A stretch of DNA of 64,000 nucleotides, taken from the NCBI GenBank assembly GCA_014860395.1, contig JACZJU010000071.1, positions 25,248 through 89,247 of the forward strand. The letters run 5' to 3'. The notes under the pieces were generated by a model. The model made no database searches. It was given only the letters and a program-made list of their open reading frames with translations, and was not told where the DNA came from. Numbering within the stretch: position 1 is the first letter of the stretch; every line of letters begins with the position of its first letter. Below are positions 19,854 to 29,837 of this stretch, piece after piece. The DNA comes from Burkholderiales bacterium. GTDB taxonomy: Bacteria > Pseudomonadota > Gammaproteobacteria > Burkholderiales > SG8-39. The position numbers and the translations under genes were made by a program.

Positions 19854-21171
19854 TGCCGACGACGACGGTCACGAGATTTCCCGGGCGCACGCGTCTGGCG
19901 AAAACGGCGCGCACCTCGGTCGCGCTCACTTTCTCGACCCGCGCGGCGAAATCGTTCAGCCATGCAAGCGGCAGCTTGTAGAAACCGATAATGGCAACTT
20001 GGTCGAGCAGCTTGCGATTGCTGTCTATGCGCAGCGCAAAACCACCGACCAGATTCTGTTTCGCCGCCTTCATCTCTGCCACGCTCGGCCCACGGGCGAG
20101 GAATTCGTCGAGCACGACGCGCACCCGCGCCAGCGCTTCCTCGGCCTGCTCTTTCTTGGTCTGCAAGCCGATTTCAAATGGGCCTTCCTGCGCCAGCGGC
20201 AGGAAGTAGCTGTAGACGCTGTAGGCATAGCCGCGCTTTTCGCGCACCTCCAGATATAGGCGCGAGACGAAGCCGCCGCCACCGAGGACGTAATTGCCCA
20301 CCAGCAGCGGGAAGTAGTCAGGGTCGTCGCGCGCGATCGCCGGCAGGCCGAGCAGGATGTGGCTTTGCGATGCCGGATGAGCGATGCGCAGCGTCTGGCC
20401 TTGCGGCTGGACCACCGGCGGCAGCGGTGCCGGCGTGTCGTTCGCGCGCGGCAACTTCGCAGTCAGTTGCTCGGCGATGCGCTCGGCGAGCCCGCGATCG
20501 GCATCGCCGACGATAGTGACCACGGCGCGTTCGGCGACGTAATTCGCGCGATAGTAGCCTTCGACGTCGGCACGCTCGATGCTGAGTATGGTCTCGGGCG
20601 TCGGCGCCAGTGCGTAAGGATGCGCCCCGTACATAAGTCGGTAAAAAGCATTGCTTGCAATCGTAGCTGGCTTGGTCTCGCCCTCCCTGACCGCATCGAC
20701 CAGACGCGCCTTTTCGCGCGCGAACGCACCTTGCGGAAACGCCGGCGCTTGCAGCATTTCGGCAAAGGTCGCGATCGCCTGCTTGCGCTCGCGTTCGCTA
20801 GACAAAGTGCGCAGGGCGAAGCCGGCGCGGTCGCGATCCACGTTGCCGTCGAGCTGCGCACCGACATCGGCGATCAGCCGGCCGATTTCCTCCTCCGAGT
20901 GCGCCGCAGATCCGGCTTTGATCAGCGTATGGGTGAGCCCGCCCAGCCCGGCGCGCTCGGCAGGCACGCGTCGTGCGCCGGCGTCGAATTCGACCTTGAT
21001 GTCCAGCATCGGCAGGCCGCGGCTTTCGACGAAGTAGACGCGCGCGCCCGAGGCGGTGATCCAATGTTGGATCGGCGGCGCGGCCTGCGCCGCGCACGCC
21101 GCAATCCACAATGCCGCCACGGCCAGCGCATGGGCCAGCGGTTTACCCAAGCTGCGTACGAGCGGCGCCAT
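19840..21171 (-). CDS. M16 family peptidase, non-catalytic-type partner (no HxxEH)
   Basis: 443 aa with signal peptide. M16 fold by similarity to the upstream gene, but the zinc-site position reads GLTHTLIKAG. Confidence 0.75.
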   Translation of the reverse strand: MAPLVRSLGKPLAHALAVAALWIAACAAQAAPPIQHWITASGARVYFVESRGLPMLDIKVEFDAGARRVPAERAGLGGLTHTLIKAGSAAHSEEEIGRLIADVGAQLDGNVDRDRAGFALRTLSSERERKQAIATFAEMLQAPAFPQGAFAREKARLVDAVREGETKPATIASNAFYRLMYGAHPYALAPTPETILSIERADVEGYYRANYVAERAVVTIVGDADRGLAERIAEQLTAKLPRANDTPAPLPPVVQPQGQTLRIAHPASQSHILLGLPAIARDDPDYFPLLVGNYVLGGGGFVSRLYLEVREKRGYAYSVYSYFLPLAQEGPFEIGLQTKKEQAEEALARVRVVLDEFLARGPSVAEMKAAKQNLVGGFALRIDSNRKLLDQVAIIGFYKLPLAWLNDFAARVEKVSATEVRAVFARRVRPGNLVTVVVGSGEN

Positions 21172-21172
21172 C

Positions 21173-22546
21173 TCAGTGCCTCGCGCCAGGCGCCGCCGGC
21201 CGCGATTGCGCCTCGCCCAAGGGCTGCGGGTCGAGCACGACCACGGTGAGATGGTCGTCGACGAAATACAGTTTCGCCACGCTGCGCACCTGCTCGGCAG
21301 TCACCGCCTTTATGCCCTCCAGGACACGGTCGATGTCCCGGTACGACAGACCGGCGGTTTCGTATCGGCCGATCTCCCTCGCCTGGCCGAAAATAGAATC
21401 GCGCTTGAATACCTGGCTCGCCACCACCTGCGCCTTTACCCGCGCGAGTTCTTCTTCGGTCACCCCATCGCGCACCAGAAGCGCGAGCTCCGCACGCAGG
21501 CCCGCCTCCAGCTCGGCCGCATTTTTTCCTGGGCCTGGCGTGCCCTCGATCAGACACAGACCCGGTCCGCGCGCGGTCATATCGTAGGATGCGCCCACCT
21601 CGCCCGCCACGCGGCTGTTACGCACCAGGGACTGATTCAGCCGCGCCGACTCGTTACCGTCGAGCACGCCGCTCAGCACTTCCAGCGCATACGGTTGCCA
21701 GTCCTGGCTCACGTCGCGCAGCACCGGGCACTTCCAGCCCATCAACAGATAAGGCAGTTCAGCCGGCGCCTTGACCACCAGGCGACGCACGCCGCGCTGT
21801 TCCGGTTCGAGCTGGGGTTTGCGCTCGGGGAGGGGCCTGGCCTTGATACGGCCATAGTATTTTTTCGCCAGCGCAAGCACCTCATCCGCCTTGACGTCGC
21901 CCACCACCACCACGAAAGCGTTATTGGGCACGTACCAGCGCTTGTACCAGTTGCGCGCGTCGACATAGCTCATGTTGAGAAGATCGTTCATCCAGCCTAT
22001 GACCGGCCGCCGGTAGGGATGGGCGAAAAACGCTTCGGCGTTGAGCGCTTCGGCGACGAGGGCGCGTGGCCGATCCTCAGTGCGCAGCCGCCGCTCCTCC
22101 ATCACCACCTTGATCTCCTGCGAGAATTCGGACTCGGTCACCAGCAAATTGGCCATGCGGTCGGCCTCCAGCTGCATCATCTCGGCCAGCGCGGCCTTGG
22201 GCACCTGCTGGAAGTACGCGGTGTAGTCGTAGCTGGTAAACGCATTTTCGCGCCCGCCGGCCGCGGCGACGCGGCGCGAGAATTCGCCACTTTTCACCGT
22301 CTTGGTGGCTTTGAACATCATATGTTCGAGCACATGGGCCACGCCGCTGGTGCCACTCACCTCGTCCATGCTGCCGGCGTGGTACCAGACCATGTGTAGG
22401 GCGGTAGGGGCGCGATGGTCTTCTTTCACGATCACGCGCAGGCCGTTTGCGAGCTTGTACTCATGCGCGCCGGTCTGTGCGCTGGCGGCGGTCACCGCCA
22501 GCGCGGCAGCGAGCACAAGTAAACAACGAAACATCCGGATTCCCAT
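21173..22546 (-). CDS. M16 family zinc peptidase (pitrilysin-like), catalytic-type
   Basis: 457 aa with signal peptide; inverted zinc motif GVAHVLEHMMF (HxxEH). Confidence 0.85.
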   Translation of the reverse strand: MGIRMFRCLLVLAAALAVTAASAQTGAHEYKLANGLRVIVKEDHRAPTALHMVWYHAGSMDEVSGTSGVAHVLEHMMFKATKTVKSGEFSRRVAAAGGRENAFTSYDYTAYFQQVPKAALAEMMQLEADRMANLLVTESEFSQEIKVVMEERRLRTEDRPRALVAEALNAEAFFAHPYRRPVIGWMNDLLNMSYVDARNWYKRWYVPNNAFVVVVGDVKADEVLALAKKYYGRIKARPLPERKPQLEPEQRGVRRLVVKAPAELPYLLMGWKCPVLRDVSQDWQPYALEVLSGVLDGNESARLNQSLVRNSRVAGEVGASYDMTARGPGLCLIEGTPGPGKNAAELEAGLRAELALLVRDGVTEEELARVKAQVVASQVFKRDSIFGQAREIGRYETAGLSYRDIDRVLEGIKAVTAEQVRSVAKLYFVDDHLTVVVLDPQPLGEAQSRPAAPGARH

Positions 22547-22612
22547 CCAAACCCTTCTGCTAAAATGCGGGGCCTATATTAGCGGTTTTTGCAGCGCGCC
22601 GCGCGAACCTCC

Positions 22613-23554
22613 ATGTTCAGTTTTCTCAAAAAAACCGACGAAGCGACACCAATTCCCTCCTGGAGTGAGCGACTCAAGGCCGGGCTGGCGCGCACGCGCG
22701 CGCAAGTCGGCGGACTGTTCGGCGGCGGCAAAATCGACGCCGCGCTGTACGAGGAGCTGGAAACGGCGCTGCTTTGTGCCGACACGGGCGTGGCGGCAAC
22801 CCAGTTCCTGCTGGAAAATCTGCGACAGCAAGTAAGGAAAAAGGGGCTGACCGAACGCCGCGAGCTCAAGCTCGCGCTGCAGGAAGCGCTCACCACTCTG
22901 ATTGCGCCGCTCGAGCGACCGCTGGCGCCGGAAGGGCACCACCCATTCATCGTCATGCTGGCCGGCGTCAACGGCGCCGGCAAAACCACCTCCATCGGCA
23001 AGCTGGCGAAATATTTCCAGGCGCAGGGGAAAAGCGTGCTGCTCGCAGCCGGCGACACTTTTCGTGCCGCGGCGCGCGAACAGCTTGCCATCTGGGGGGA
23101 GCGCAACCAGGTTGCGGTGATCACCCAGCAGGGCGGCGATGCGGCAGCGGTAATCTTCGACGCAATCCAGGCGGCGCGCGCGCGCAAGATCGACATCGTG
23201 CTCGCCGACACGGCCGGGCGGCTTCCGACACAGTTGCATCTGATGGAGGAGATTCGCAAGGTCAAGCGAGTCATCGCCAAAGCCGACGCAAGCGCCCCGC
23301 ATGAAGTGCTGCTGGTGCTGGACGCCAATACCGGACAGAACGCGCTCAGCCAAGTGAAGGCCTTCGATGACGCGCTGGGGTTGACCGGTTTGGTACTGAC
23401 CAAGCTCGACGGCACCGCCAAGGGCGGCGTAATCGCCGCCATCGCGAGAGAGCGGCCGGTGCCCATACGCTTTATCGGCATCGGCGAAGGGATAGACGAT
23501 CTGCGCCCGTTCCTTGCGCGGGACTTCGCCGCCGCCCTGGTCGATTCGGACTGA
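22613..23554 (+). CDS. ftsY: Signal recognition particle receptor FtsY
   Basis: Start set at MFSFLKKTDE; SRP GTPase motifs LAGVNGAGKTTSIGKLA, DTAGR and TKLDG. Confidence 0.9.
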   Translation: MFSFLKKTDEATPIPSWSERLKAGLARTRAQVGGLFGGGKIDAALYEELETALLCADTGVAATQFLLENLRQQVRKKGLTERRELKLALQEALTTLIAPLERPLAPEGHHPFIVMLAGVNGAGKTTSIGKLAKYFQAQGKSVLLAAGDTFRAAAREQLAIWGERNQVAVITQQGGDAAAVIFDAIQAARARKIDIVLADTAGRLPTQLHLMEEIRKVKRVIAKADASAPHEVLLVLDANTGQNALSQVKAFDDALGLTGLVLTKLDGTAKGGVIAAIARERPVPIRFIGIGEGIDDLRPFLARDFAAALVDSD

Positions 23555-23579
23555 GCTTGCACTTTTCCCTCACTTCTCG

Positions 23580-24233
23580 ATGATCAGCTTCAGCCAGGTG
23601 CGCAAGAGTTATCGCGGCGGTTACGAGGCACTGCGCGAACTCTCCTTCGGCATCGAAAGCGGCGAACTGGTGTTCATAACCGGCCGCTCGGGCGCAGGCA
23701 AGAGCTCCTTGCTTAAACTGATCCCTGCCATCGAGCGACCAACCAGCGGCACCGTGCTGGTGAACGGCCAGAACATCGGCAGCATGCGCCGCGCAGCCAT
23801 ACCGTTTCTGCGGCGCAATCTGGGCCTTATTTTCCAGGACCAGAAACTGCTCTATGACCGGAGCGTGTTCGACAATGTCATGCTGCCGCTCGCGTTCACC
23901 GGTCATACATACAAGGACGCGGCGCGGCGCGCGCGCGCGGCGCTGGACAAGGTGGGCCTGCTGGCGCGGGAAAAAGCCAACCCAATCACGCTCTCGGGCG
24001 GTGAGCAGCAGCGCCTGTGCATCGCGCGCGCGGTAGTGAACCGTCCCAGCATCCTGCTCGCCGACGAACCTACGGCCAGCCTCGACTCCACCTCCGCCGG
24101 GGAAGTCGTGGAAATGTTTCGTTCCTTCAATCAAGTCGGCGTAACCGTGCTCATCGCCACCCACGACGAAGCGCTGGTCCAGCGTCTCAATCCGCGCGTG
24201 CTGGCGCTCAGCCAGGGAAGGCTGGCGGCATGA
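23580..24233 (+). CDS. ftsE: Cell division ATP-binding protein FtsE
   Basis: Start set at [11 protein letters not shown]; Walker [10 protein letters not shown]; ABC signature LSGGEQQR. Confidence 0.9.
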   Translation: MISFSQVRKSYRGGYEALRELSFGIESGELVFITGRSGAGKSSLLKLIPAIERPTSGTVLVNGQNIGSMRRAAIPFLRRNLGLIFQDQKLLYDRSVFDNVMLPLAFTGHTYKDAARRARAALDKVGLLAREKANPITLSGGEQQRLCIARAVVNRPSILLADEPTASLDSTSAGEVVEMFRSFNQVGVTVLIATHDEALVQRLNPRVLALSQGRLAA

Positions 24234-24339
24234 GCAGGGAGCAGGGGCCCCGCTTCGCGGGGATGCGACCGTCCGCGAATGCCGCCGGACGCCGACGGTA
24301 TGGTACGTGCATCGCGACCCAGGTCCGGAGGCGGCGCGC

Positions 24340-25245
24340 ATGAGCCACTGGCTGCGCCAGCATGGTCAGACCCTGGTCCTGACGCTCAAGCGGCTGGCGC
24401 ACAATCCGTTCGCGACAACGCTCAACATAATGGTGATCGGCATCGCCCTGGCGCTGCCGCTGGGCGGCTACATGCTGTTGCAGAACCTGGGCGGCGTCGC
24501 CGGCCAGGTGACCGGTCATCAGCAGATCAGCCTGTTTCTTGCCCGCGACGCAGAAAAAACGGACATCGCTGTGCTCGACGCCAGTCTGAAGCAGATTCCG
24601 GGCGTGCGCGCGCTGCGCTTCATTTCGCGCGATCAGGCCCTGGAGAGCATGAAGCAATCCGGGAACCTGTCCGATGTCATCACTGCACTGCAGTCCAATC
24701 CCCTGCCCGATGCCTTCGTGCTCGAAACCGGCGGCAGCGCGGCCGAGCTGGAGCAGTTGGAGCTGCAGCTGAAGGCGCTGCCCAAAGTCGCCCATGTGCA
24801 GCTGGACTCGGCCTGGGTGAAGCGGCTGGAAAGCCTGCTCGCGCTCGGACGGATGGCGGTGCTGATCCTGGCCACGCTGCTGGCCTGCGGTCTGGTTGCG
24901 GTGACGTTCAACACCATACGGCTGCAGATCCTGACGCAAAAAGACGAAATCGAAGTAAGCAAGCTCATAGGCGCGACCGATTCCTTTATCCGCCGCCCCT
25001 TCTTCCATCTGGGTCTCATGCTGGGCGCGTTCGGGGGGGTGGCCGCCTTGGCCATCGTCTACCTGTGCATGCAAATCCTCAACCGCAGGATCCTCGAACT
25101 CGCGCAACTCTACGGCTCGGACTTCAGCCTAAGCTTTTTCGATCTTCCCGACTGCTTTGCTCTGCTCGCCTTTGCCGCTATTCTGGGTTGGCTGGGCGCT
25201 TATATGTCAGTGAGCAGACACTTATATGAAATAGAGCCCAGATAA
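24340..25245 (+). CDS. ftsX: Cell division permease FtsX
   Basis: Start set at ATG 24340, with GGAGG about 10 nt upstream; MSHWLRQHGQTLVLTLKRL; 4 TM helices; follows ftsE. Confidence 0.85.
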   Translation: MSHWLRQHGQTLVLTLKRLAHNPFATTLNIMVIGIALALPLGGYMLLQNLGGVAGQVTGHQQISLFLARDAEKTDIAVLDASLKQIPGVRALRFISRDQALESMKQSGNLSDVITALQSNPLPDAFVLETGGSAAELEQLELQLKALPKVAHVQLDSAWVKRLESLLALGRMAVLILATLLACGLVAVTFNTIRLQILTQKDEIEVSKLIGATDSFIRRPFFHLGLMLGAFGGVAALAIVYLCMQILNRRILELAQLYGSDFSLSFFDLPDCFALLAFAAILGWLGAYMSVSRHLYEIEPR

Positions 25246-25314
25246 AGGCTGCGGCTCGGCCACTACGGCGCCGCAAGCGTATTCGGCGGAACTTCTTCGG
25301 ACTATTGGCACTCG

Positions 25315-25344
25315 AACGTCTGGAGTGCTAAAATTAACCAATAT
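25315..25344 (+). promoter_or_regulatory. Candidate sigma70-type promoter for rpoH
   Basis: TTGGCA, 18 nt, TAAAAT; about 70 nt upstream of the rpoH ATG. Pattern match only. Confidence 0.3.
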
Positions 25345-25416
25345 TTCAGGGGCGCGATTCGGCGCAAAAGCTTTGAGGGCGCGCCGCTGAACGCTACGTC
25401 GAGAAGGAGTCAAAAC

Positions 25417-26265
25417 ATGAATCAAGTTATGACCTTACCCGTGCCTTCCCTGGTCGGAAGCCTGGAAACCTATATTGCGTCGGTGAACCGCTTTCCGCTT
25501 TTGACACCAGAGGAAGAGTTGCGCCTCGCACGCAAGCTGCGCGACGAGAACGACATCGACGCCGCCCGCGCTTTGGTAGTTTCGCATCTGCGCGTGGTAG
25601 TGGCCATCGCCCGCGGCTATCTGGGCTACGGACTGCCGCACGCCGATCTGATTCAGGAAGGCAATATCGGCCTGATGAAAGCCGTGAAACGCTTCGATCC
25701 CGAACGTAATGTGCGCCTAGTGTCCTTCGCCATCCACTGGATCAAGGCCGAAATGCACGAGTTCGTCCTGAAGAACTGGCGGCTGGTCAAGATTGCCACG
25801 ACCAAGGCGCAGAGAAAGCTGTTCTTCAATCTGCGCTCGATGAAAAAAGGTCTGGGACCGCTGTCGCAGGACGCGATCGAAGACATGGCCAAGACGCTCC
25901 GGGTCAAGCCGGAGGAAGTCAGGGAGATGGAAACACGGATCTCTGGACAGGACGTCGCCCTGGAAGCCAACGACGACGACGAGGACAGCTACGCACCCAT
26001 TGCCTACCTGACCGATGCCGAGAACGAGCCCTCGAAACTCCTTGAATCGGACGAATCCGAGCGCGTAGGCACGCAAGGCCTGCAGACGGCGCTGGAAAGT
26101 CTGGATGCGCGCAGCCGCCGCATCATAGAAGCGCGCTGGCTGCGCGAGAAGGATCCGGCGACGCTGCACGACCTGGCGGCCGAATTCAAGGTCTCGGCCG
26201 AACGCATTCGCCAGGTCGAGGTCAAGGCGATGCAGAAAATGAAGGGCCTGCTTACCGCAGGATAG
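25417..26265 (+). CDS. rpoH: RNA polymerase sigma-32 (heat shock sigma factor)
   Basis: 282 aa; RpoH box QRKLFFNLR; sigma70 regions 2 and 4. Confidence 0.95.
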   Translation: MNQVMTLPVPSLVGSLETYIASVNRFPLLTPEEELRLARKLRDENDIDAARALVVSHLRVVVAIARGYLGYGLPHADLIQEGNIGLMKAVKRFDPERNVRLVSFAIHWIKAEMHEFVLKNWRLVKIATTKAQRKLFFNLRSMKKGLGPLSQDAIEDMAKTLRVKPEEVREMETRISGQDVALEANDDDEDSYAPIAYLTDAENEPSKLLESDESERVGTQGLQTALESLDARSRRIIEARWLREKDPATLHDLAAEFKVSAERIRQVEVKAMQKMKGLLTAG

Positions 26266-26375
26266 TCTGCCCGTTGCTATACTCGGCGAAAATGCTCGCA
26301 GGCGCCCGATCCTGATGGCCAGGAAGAGCCGATTGGTGGGCTCGCACCGCGTTTAGCTACAGACCCTTAGCCCGC

Positions 26376-26975
26376 TTATCCTTCCCTGAGCAACGCGCGT
26401 AGATCGGCGACCAAGTTCGCGCCGCCGTCGCCGCCGTAGCGCACGAACAGCCGCACCCGCCCCTGGGGATCGAACACATAGCTCCCGGCCGTATGATCCA
26501 GCGTGTAACTGGTGGGCGTGGGACCGGGGTGCTTCTGGTAAAACACGCGGAATTCCTTGGCAGTCTTGGCCGTAGTCTCCAGGTCACCGTACAAGCCGAG
26601 GAAACTAGGGTCGAACGCGGGAACATAGTTGGCCAGCAACTCGCGCGTATCGCGCTCCGGATCAAGGGTTACGAACAGGACCTGCACGCGCGCGGCATCT
26701 GCGCCGAGTTGCTGCAATACCGACTTCAATTCGACCATGGTAGTGGGACAGACGTCCGGGCATTGCGTATAGCCGAAAAACATTATCACCGCCTTGCCGC
26801 GAAAATCCGCTAGCGTTCGCACCTTGCCATTATGGTCGGTCAGACGAAAGTCCCGGCAGCAATCCGTGCCGGTAACGTCGGTGTTCTTGAACGCGGGCTG
26901 CGGCAGGCCGCAACCCGCAAGCGTCAACGCAACGAGCAAAAGAGCACCGAAGCGGCGCAAGACATCAAACAACAT
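26376..26975 (-). CDS. SCO/SenC family copper chaperone for cytochrome oxidase
   Basis: 199 aa; [12 protein letters not shown] (CxxxC) thioredoxin-fold motif and a conserved His downstream. Confidence 0.85.
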   Translation of the reverse strand: MLFDVLRRFGALLLVALTLAGCGLPQPAFKNTDVTGTDCCRDFRLTDHNGKVRTLADFRGKAVIMFFGYTQCPDVCPTTMVELKSVLQQLGADAARVQVLFVTLDPERDTRELLANYVPAFDPSFLGLYGDLETTAKTAKEFRVFYQKHPGPTPTSYTLDHTAGSYVFDPQGRVRLFVRYGGDGGANLVADLRALLREG

Positions 26976-27855
26976 AGTGGTCCAGCAGCAGTGCGGTGAA
27001 CAAGCCGGCCAGGTACACGACCGAATAGCGGAAGGTCTGCTGCGCCAGCCGGTCGCTGTAGGCGATGTAGATTCTGACCGCGTAATACAGGAACATGCCG
27101 TCCAGCGCGAGCGCGGCAGTCAGATAGATCCAGCCGCTCATGCCGTAGACAAAGGGCAGCAGGGTGCTTGCGATCAGAACCAGGGTATACAGCAGCACGT
27201 GCAGCCGGGTGAACTTCTGGCCATGGGTGACCGGCAGCATGGGCAAGCCGGCACGGGTGAAGTCCTCCGTACGGTACAGTGCCAGCGCCCAGAAATGCGG
27301 CGGCGTCCAGGCGTAGATAATCAGCACCAGCAGCAGCGCCTCAGGCGCCACTTCCCCGGTGACCGCAGTCCAGCCCAGCAGCGGCGGCATTGCGCCCGAC
27401 AGCCCGCCGATGACGATGTTCTGCGGCGTCGCCGGCTTAAGCAGGATCGTATAGATGATCGCGTAGCCAACGAAGGTGCCGAAGGTGAGCCACATGGTGA
27501 GCGCGTTGACATAGCGGTAGAGCAGGAGCATGCCGATGCCGCCGATCACGCCGGCGAAGACCACGGTCTGCAAAGACGTCAGCTCCCCGCGCGGCAGGGG
27601 GCGCGCGCGGGTGCGCGCCATCTTGGCGTCGATCTCTTGTTCGATCAGGCAGTTGATGGCGAAGGCCGCGCCCGCCAAAAGGGCGATGCCGGCGGTTCCG
27701 GCAAAGAGCACGCGCCACGGCACCATGCCCGGCGTGGCGAGGAACATGCCGATCACCGCGCAGAACACGGCCAGCATGGTCACCCGCGGCTTGGTCAGGG
27801 CGTAGAACTGACGCATGCGCTGCGCGGCATCGTGCATGATGATCTGCGTGGTCAT
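26965..27855 (-). CDS. ctaB: Protoheme IX farnesyltransferase (heme O synthase)
   Basis: 296 aa UbiA-family polytopic membrane protein; [10 protein letters not shown]-terminal motif; located in the cox cluster. Confidence 0.9.
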   Translation of the reverse strand: MTTQIIMHDAAQRMRQFYALTKPRVTMLAVFCAVIGMFLATPGMVPWRVLFAGTAGIALLAGAAFAINCLIEQEIDAKMARTRARPLPRGELTSLQTVVFAGVIGGIGMLLLYRYVNALTMWLTFGTFVGYAIIYTILLKPATPQNIVIGGLSGAMPPLLGWTAVTGEVAPEALLLVLIIYAWTPPHFWALALYRTEDFTRAGLPMLPVTHGQKFTRLHVLLYTLVLIASTLLPFVYGMSGWIYLTAALALDGMFLYYAVRIYIAYSDRLAQQTFRYSVVYLAGLFTALLLDHYVV

Positions 27856-27870
27856 GAGCTTAGAGCCAAT

Positions 27871-27940
27871 TTCAAAATGAGGGGATACCTCCCCTCATAC
27901 TCCCCTATATTTGCCGTTGCAAAATTCATTTTGCAACAAG
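27871..27940 (-). repeat. Composite intergenic repeat (G4 variant hairpin plus GTTGCA-footed hairpin)
   Basis: Plus strand ATGAGGGGATACCTCCCCTCATACTCCCCTATAT (27877-27910), then GTTGCAAAAT-TC-ATTTTGCAAC (27916-27937). Near base-for-base relative of 41041-41104. Confidence 0.75.
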
Positions 27941-27990
27941 TTTCTAGCGCGAAGAATAGCGGATGAGTTTATCACGATGGGCATGGGCAA

Positions 27991-28590
27991 CTAACCTATG
28001 CGCGACGCCCGCAGCAGACGCGACAGGTCCTTGTACATCTTGCGTGGATCGGCATCCTTGGGGAAGCGCATCATCAGATTGCCGAGCGGATCGATCAGAT
28101 AGATGTGATCGCGCGCCCCGCCCGCCGGCGGAAACTCCGCGACGATAGCGCTGCCCCCCGCGCGCAGCATGCGCGTGCCGTCGTATTCGCGTATCAGCTG
28201 CGTTTCCAGCGGCGCCTCGTCCAGGATCAGCCAGACGCGCTCGACGCGCTCCATCTCACGCCCCTGAGCCAGGCGCACCTGGCGCATGTTGTACAGCTTG
28301 GCGCGGCAGGCCGCAGCGCAATCGGCTTCGTCCAACTGCAGCAGAATCCACTTGCCCCTGAGCGCAGATAATTTGAACGGGCGCTGGTCCAGGTGGCGCA
28401 GGGGCGGATCGGTCAACGCATGTACGGGGATGAGATCGCCATAGTTCATGCCGCCCTGCGGATGCCAGTAGAAGTAGGCGATCAGGGCAGCCGCGAAAGG
28501 CGCGAGGCACAAAGCCGCGATCGCCAGCATCTTTCTGCGGCCGGTGCGCGGATCAGGTTGCGCGTTTGAAGCTGAATGTGACATAGGCAA
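27991..28590 (-). CDS. Membrane-anchored thioredoxin-fold protein of the cox cluster (SCO/TlpA-like)
   Basis: 199 aa; one N-terminal TM helix; CAAAC (CxxxC) motif; conserved position between SURF1 and ctaB. Confidence 0.5.
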   Translation of the reverse strand: MPMSHSASNAQPDPRTGRRKMLAIAALCLAPFAAALIAYFYWHPQGGMNYGDLIPVHALTDPPLRHLDQRPFKLSALRGKWILLQLDEADCAAACRAKLYNMRQVRLAQGREMERVERVWLILDEAPLETQLIREYDGTRMLRAGGSAIVAEFPPAGGARDHIYLIDPLGNLMMRFPKDADPRKMYKDLSRLLRASRIG

Positions 28591-29260
28591 TCAATATCGT
28601 CGTTGCGAGCGCATACCACTGGAAAGCGTAGCCGCGGTGCTTGTCCGCGCCGGTGTCCGGCCGCCTCCAGGCGCGCATCAGGCCGTCGGCAGCATTGCTG
28701 GTCTGTTGCAGCACGATCGGCTGCAGCTTGAGCCCGGACCATTTTGCGTAGCGCGCGAGCACCAGGTTCTGCCACACGCTGCCTTCCTCGGTCTTCGCGC
28801 CAAGCTCGAGTATACGGCTGGTGGGCACGACCGCGATACCCTCGACGGTTTCGGTTCCGGCAGGCGTTCGGATCTGCGGCAGGACGTCGCGTCGCAGCCC
28901 TGCCGCCACCCAGCCCCGGTTCACCAGCACATACACGTCGCCCCCGGCGATTTTCAAAGGGGTCACGACTTCGTAGCCGGGGGTGCCGTGCTGCACCTTG
29001 TTGTCGAGCAGGATGGTGTGCCTGGCCGAATAGTCCCCGCGCACGCTGACGCGTCTGAATTCGTAGTCATGCGCGTCGACCGGGCCCGCCGGCAGCGCCA
29101 GCACCGCGTGGCGCGCAGCGTCATCGAGGTCGCGGCCGAGCGCGAGTTTTTCCTCGGCACGGCGCGTCTGCCAATTGCCCAGAGACACGGTAAGCACGAT
29201 AGCAGCCAGCGCCGCCACGCCGAGCAGTAATGATGGACGAAAACGGCGTTTACCTGGCAT
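28553..29260 (-). CDS. SURF1 family cytochrome oxidase assembly protein
   Basis: Start set at MPGKRRFRPSLLLGVAALAAIVLTVSLGNWQTRR (the SURF1 hallmark GxWQxxR); C-terminal TM helix. Confidence 0.85.
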   Translation of the reverse strand: MPGKRRFRPSLLLGVAALAAIVLTVSLGNWQTRRAEEKLALGRDLDDAARHAVLALPAGPVDAHDYEFRRVSVRGDYSARHTILLDNKVQHGTPGYEVVTPLKIAGGDVYVLVNRGWVAAGLRRDVLPQIRTPAGTETVEGIAVVPTSRILELGAKTEEGSVWQNLVLARYAKWSGLKLQPIVLQQTSNAADGLMRAWRRPDTGADKHRGYAFQWYALATTILIAYVTFSFKRAT

Positions 29261-29333
29261 GCGTGAACTGGGCTTCTGTCTGGCAAGGCTGGTTTGACTG
29301 GGATACACTCACAAAATTCCGTCGGCGCCTGCA

Positions 29334-29531
29334 ATGAAAATTGTCGTCATCATATTCGTGCTCCTGATACTCGCCAGCCTGGGCTCGGCGCTGTTTTTTC
29401 TGATCTCCGATCGCGGTCAGTCGAAGCGCACCGTGAGGGCCCTGGCCCTGCGCGTCGGCCTATCGGTGACCTTGTTCCTGCTGCTGATGGCAAGCTACTA
29501 CTTTGGCCTGATACCCGGAAGGCTCGGTTAG
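29334..29531 (+). CDS. Twin transmembrane helix small protein (DUF2909-like)
   Basis: 65 aa with two TM helices; typical small gene beside SURF1 in cox clusters. Confidence 0.7.
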   Translation: MKIVVIIFVLLILASLGSALFFLISDRGQSKRTVRALALRVGLSVTLFLLLMASYYFGLIPGRLG

Positions 29532-29536
29532 CAGGG

Positions 29537-29661
29537 TGTTGAAAAAGGGGGCGACGCCCCCCTTTTAGATCCCCCAAGTCAGGGCTGTTGAAAAACGCTT
29601 CCCTCTGAGAGCGCGTCATAATAAGGTGCGCTTCCGTCTCAGGGAAGCGTTCTTCAACAGC
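29537..29661 (-). repeat. Composite intergenic repeat: G5-hairpin module plus 24-bp-stem hairpin with GCTGTTGAA feet
   Basis: Plus strand GTTGAAAAAGGGGGCGACGCCCCCCTTTTAGATCCCCCAAG (29537-29578). Arms 29584-29610 and 29637-29661 pair with 1 mismatch and a 2-nt bulge, enclosing a 26-nt loop. Confidence 0.8.
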
Positions 29662-29663
29662 AT

Positions 29664-29689
29664 GTTAGGATCTCACGTTAGGATCTCAC
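29664..29689. repeat. Exact tandem duplication of a 13-mer (GTTAGGATCTCAC x2)
   Basis: 29664-29676 is identical to 29677-29689. Confidence 0.9.
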
Positions 29690-29719
29690 ACAAGCGCTTC
29701 AAGGCGCACCTGCATTACC

Positions 29720-29748
29720 AAAAAAAAGCGCCGCACAGCGTGCGGCGC
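29720..29748 (-). terminator. Rho-independent terminator downstream of coxC
   Basis: Minus strand GCGCCGCAC-GCT-GTGCGGCGC followed by T8. Confidence 0.85.
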
Positions 29749-29837
29749 GCCGAATATCCCCTTTGCGGGACTCCTCCTCGTTATTATCCTCGAACCCCGA
29801 TTTGCGCCACGGTCCGCGCCAACGACCGTTGGCCGGG

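Noticed and set aside
24234-24339. 106-nt gap between ftsE and ftsX as a possible hidden small gene
   Set aside because: No ORF with an RBS. Only a 6-bp hairpin (CCCCGC-TTC-GCGGGG). Most simply explained by the ftsX start at 24340, with GGAGG upstream.
29611-29636. dif-like sequence (GCGCGTCATAATAAGGTGCGC) in the loop of the long hairpin
   Set aside because: It only loosely resembles the XerC arm. There is no 6-bp central region followed by a TTATGTTAAAT-type XerD arm.
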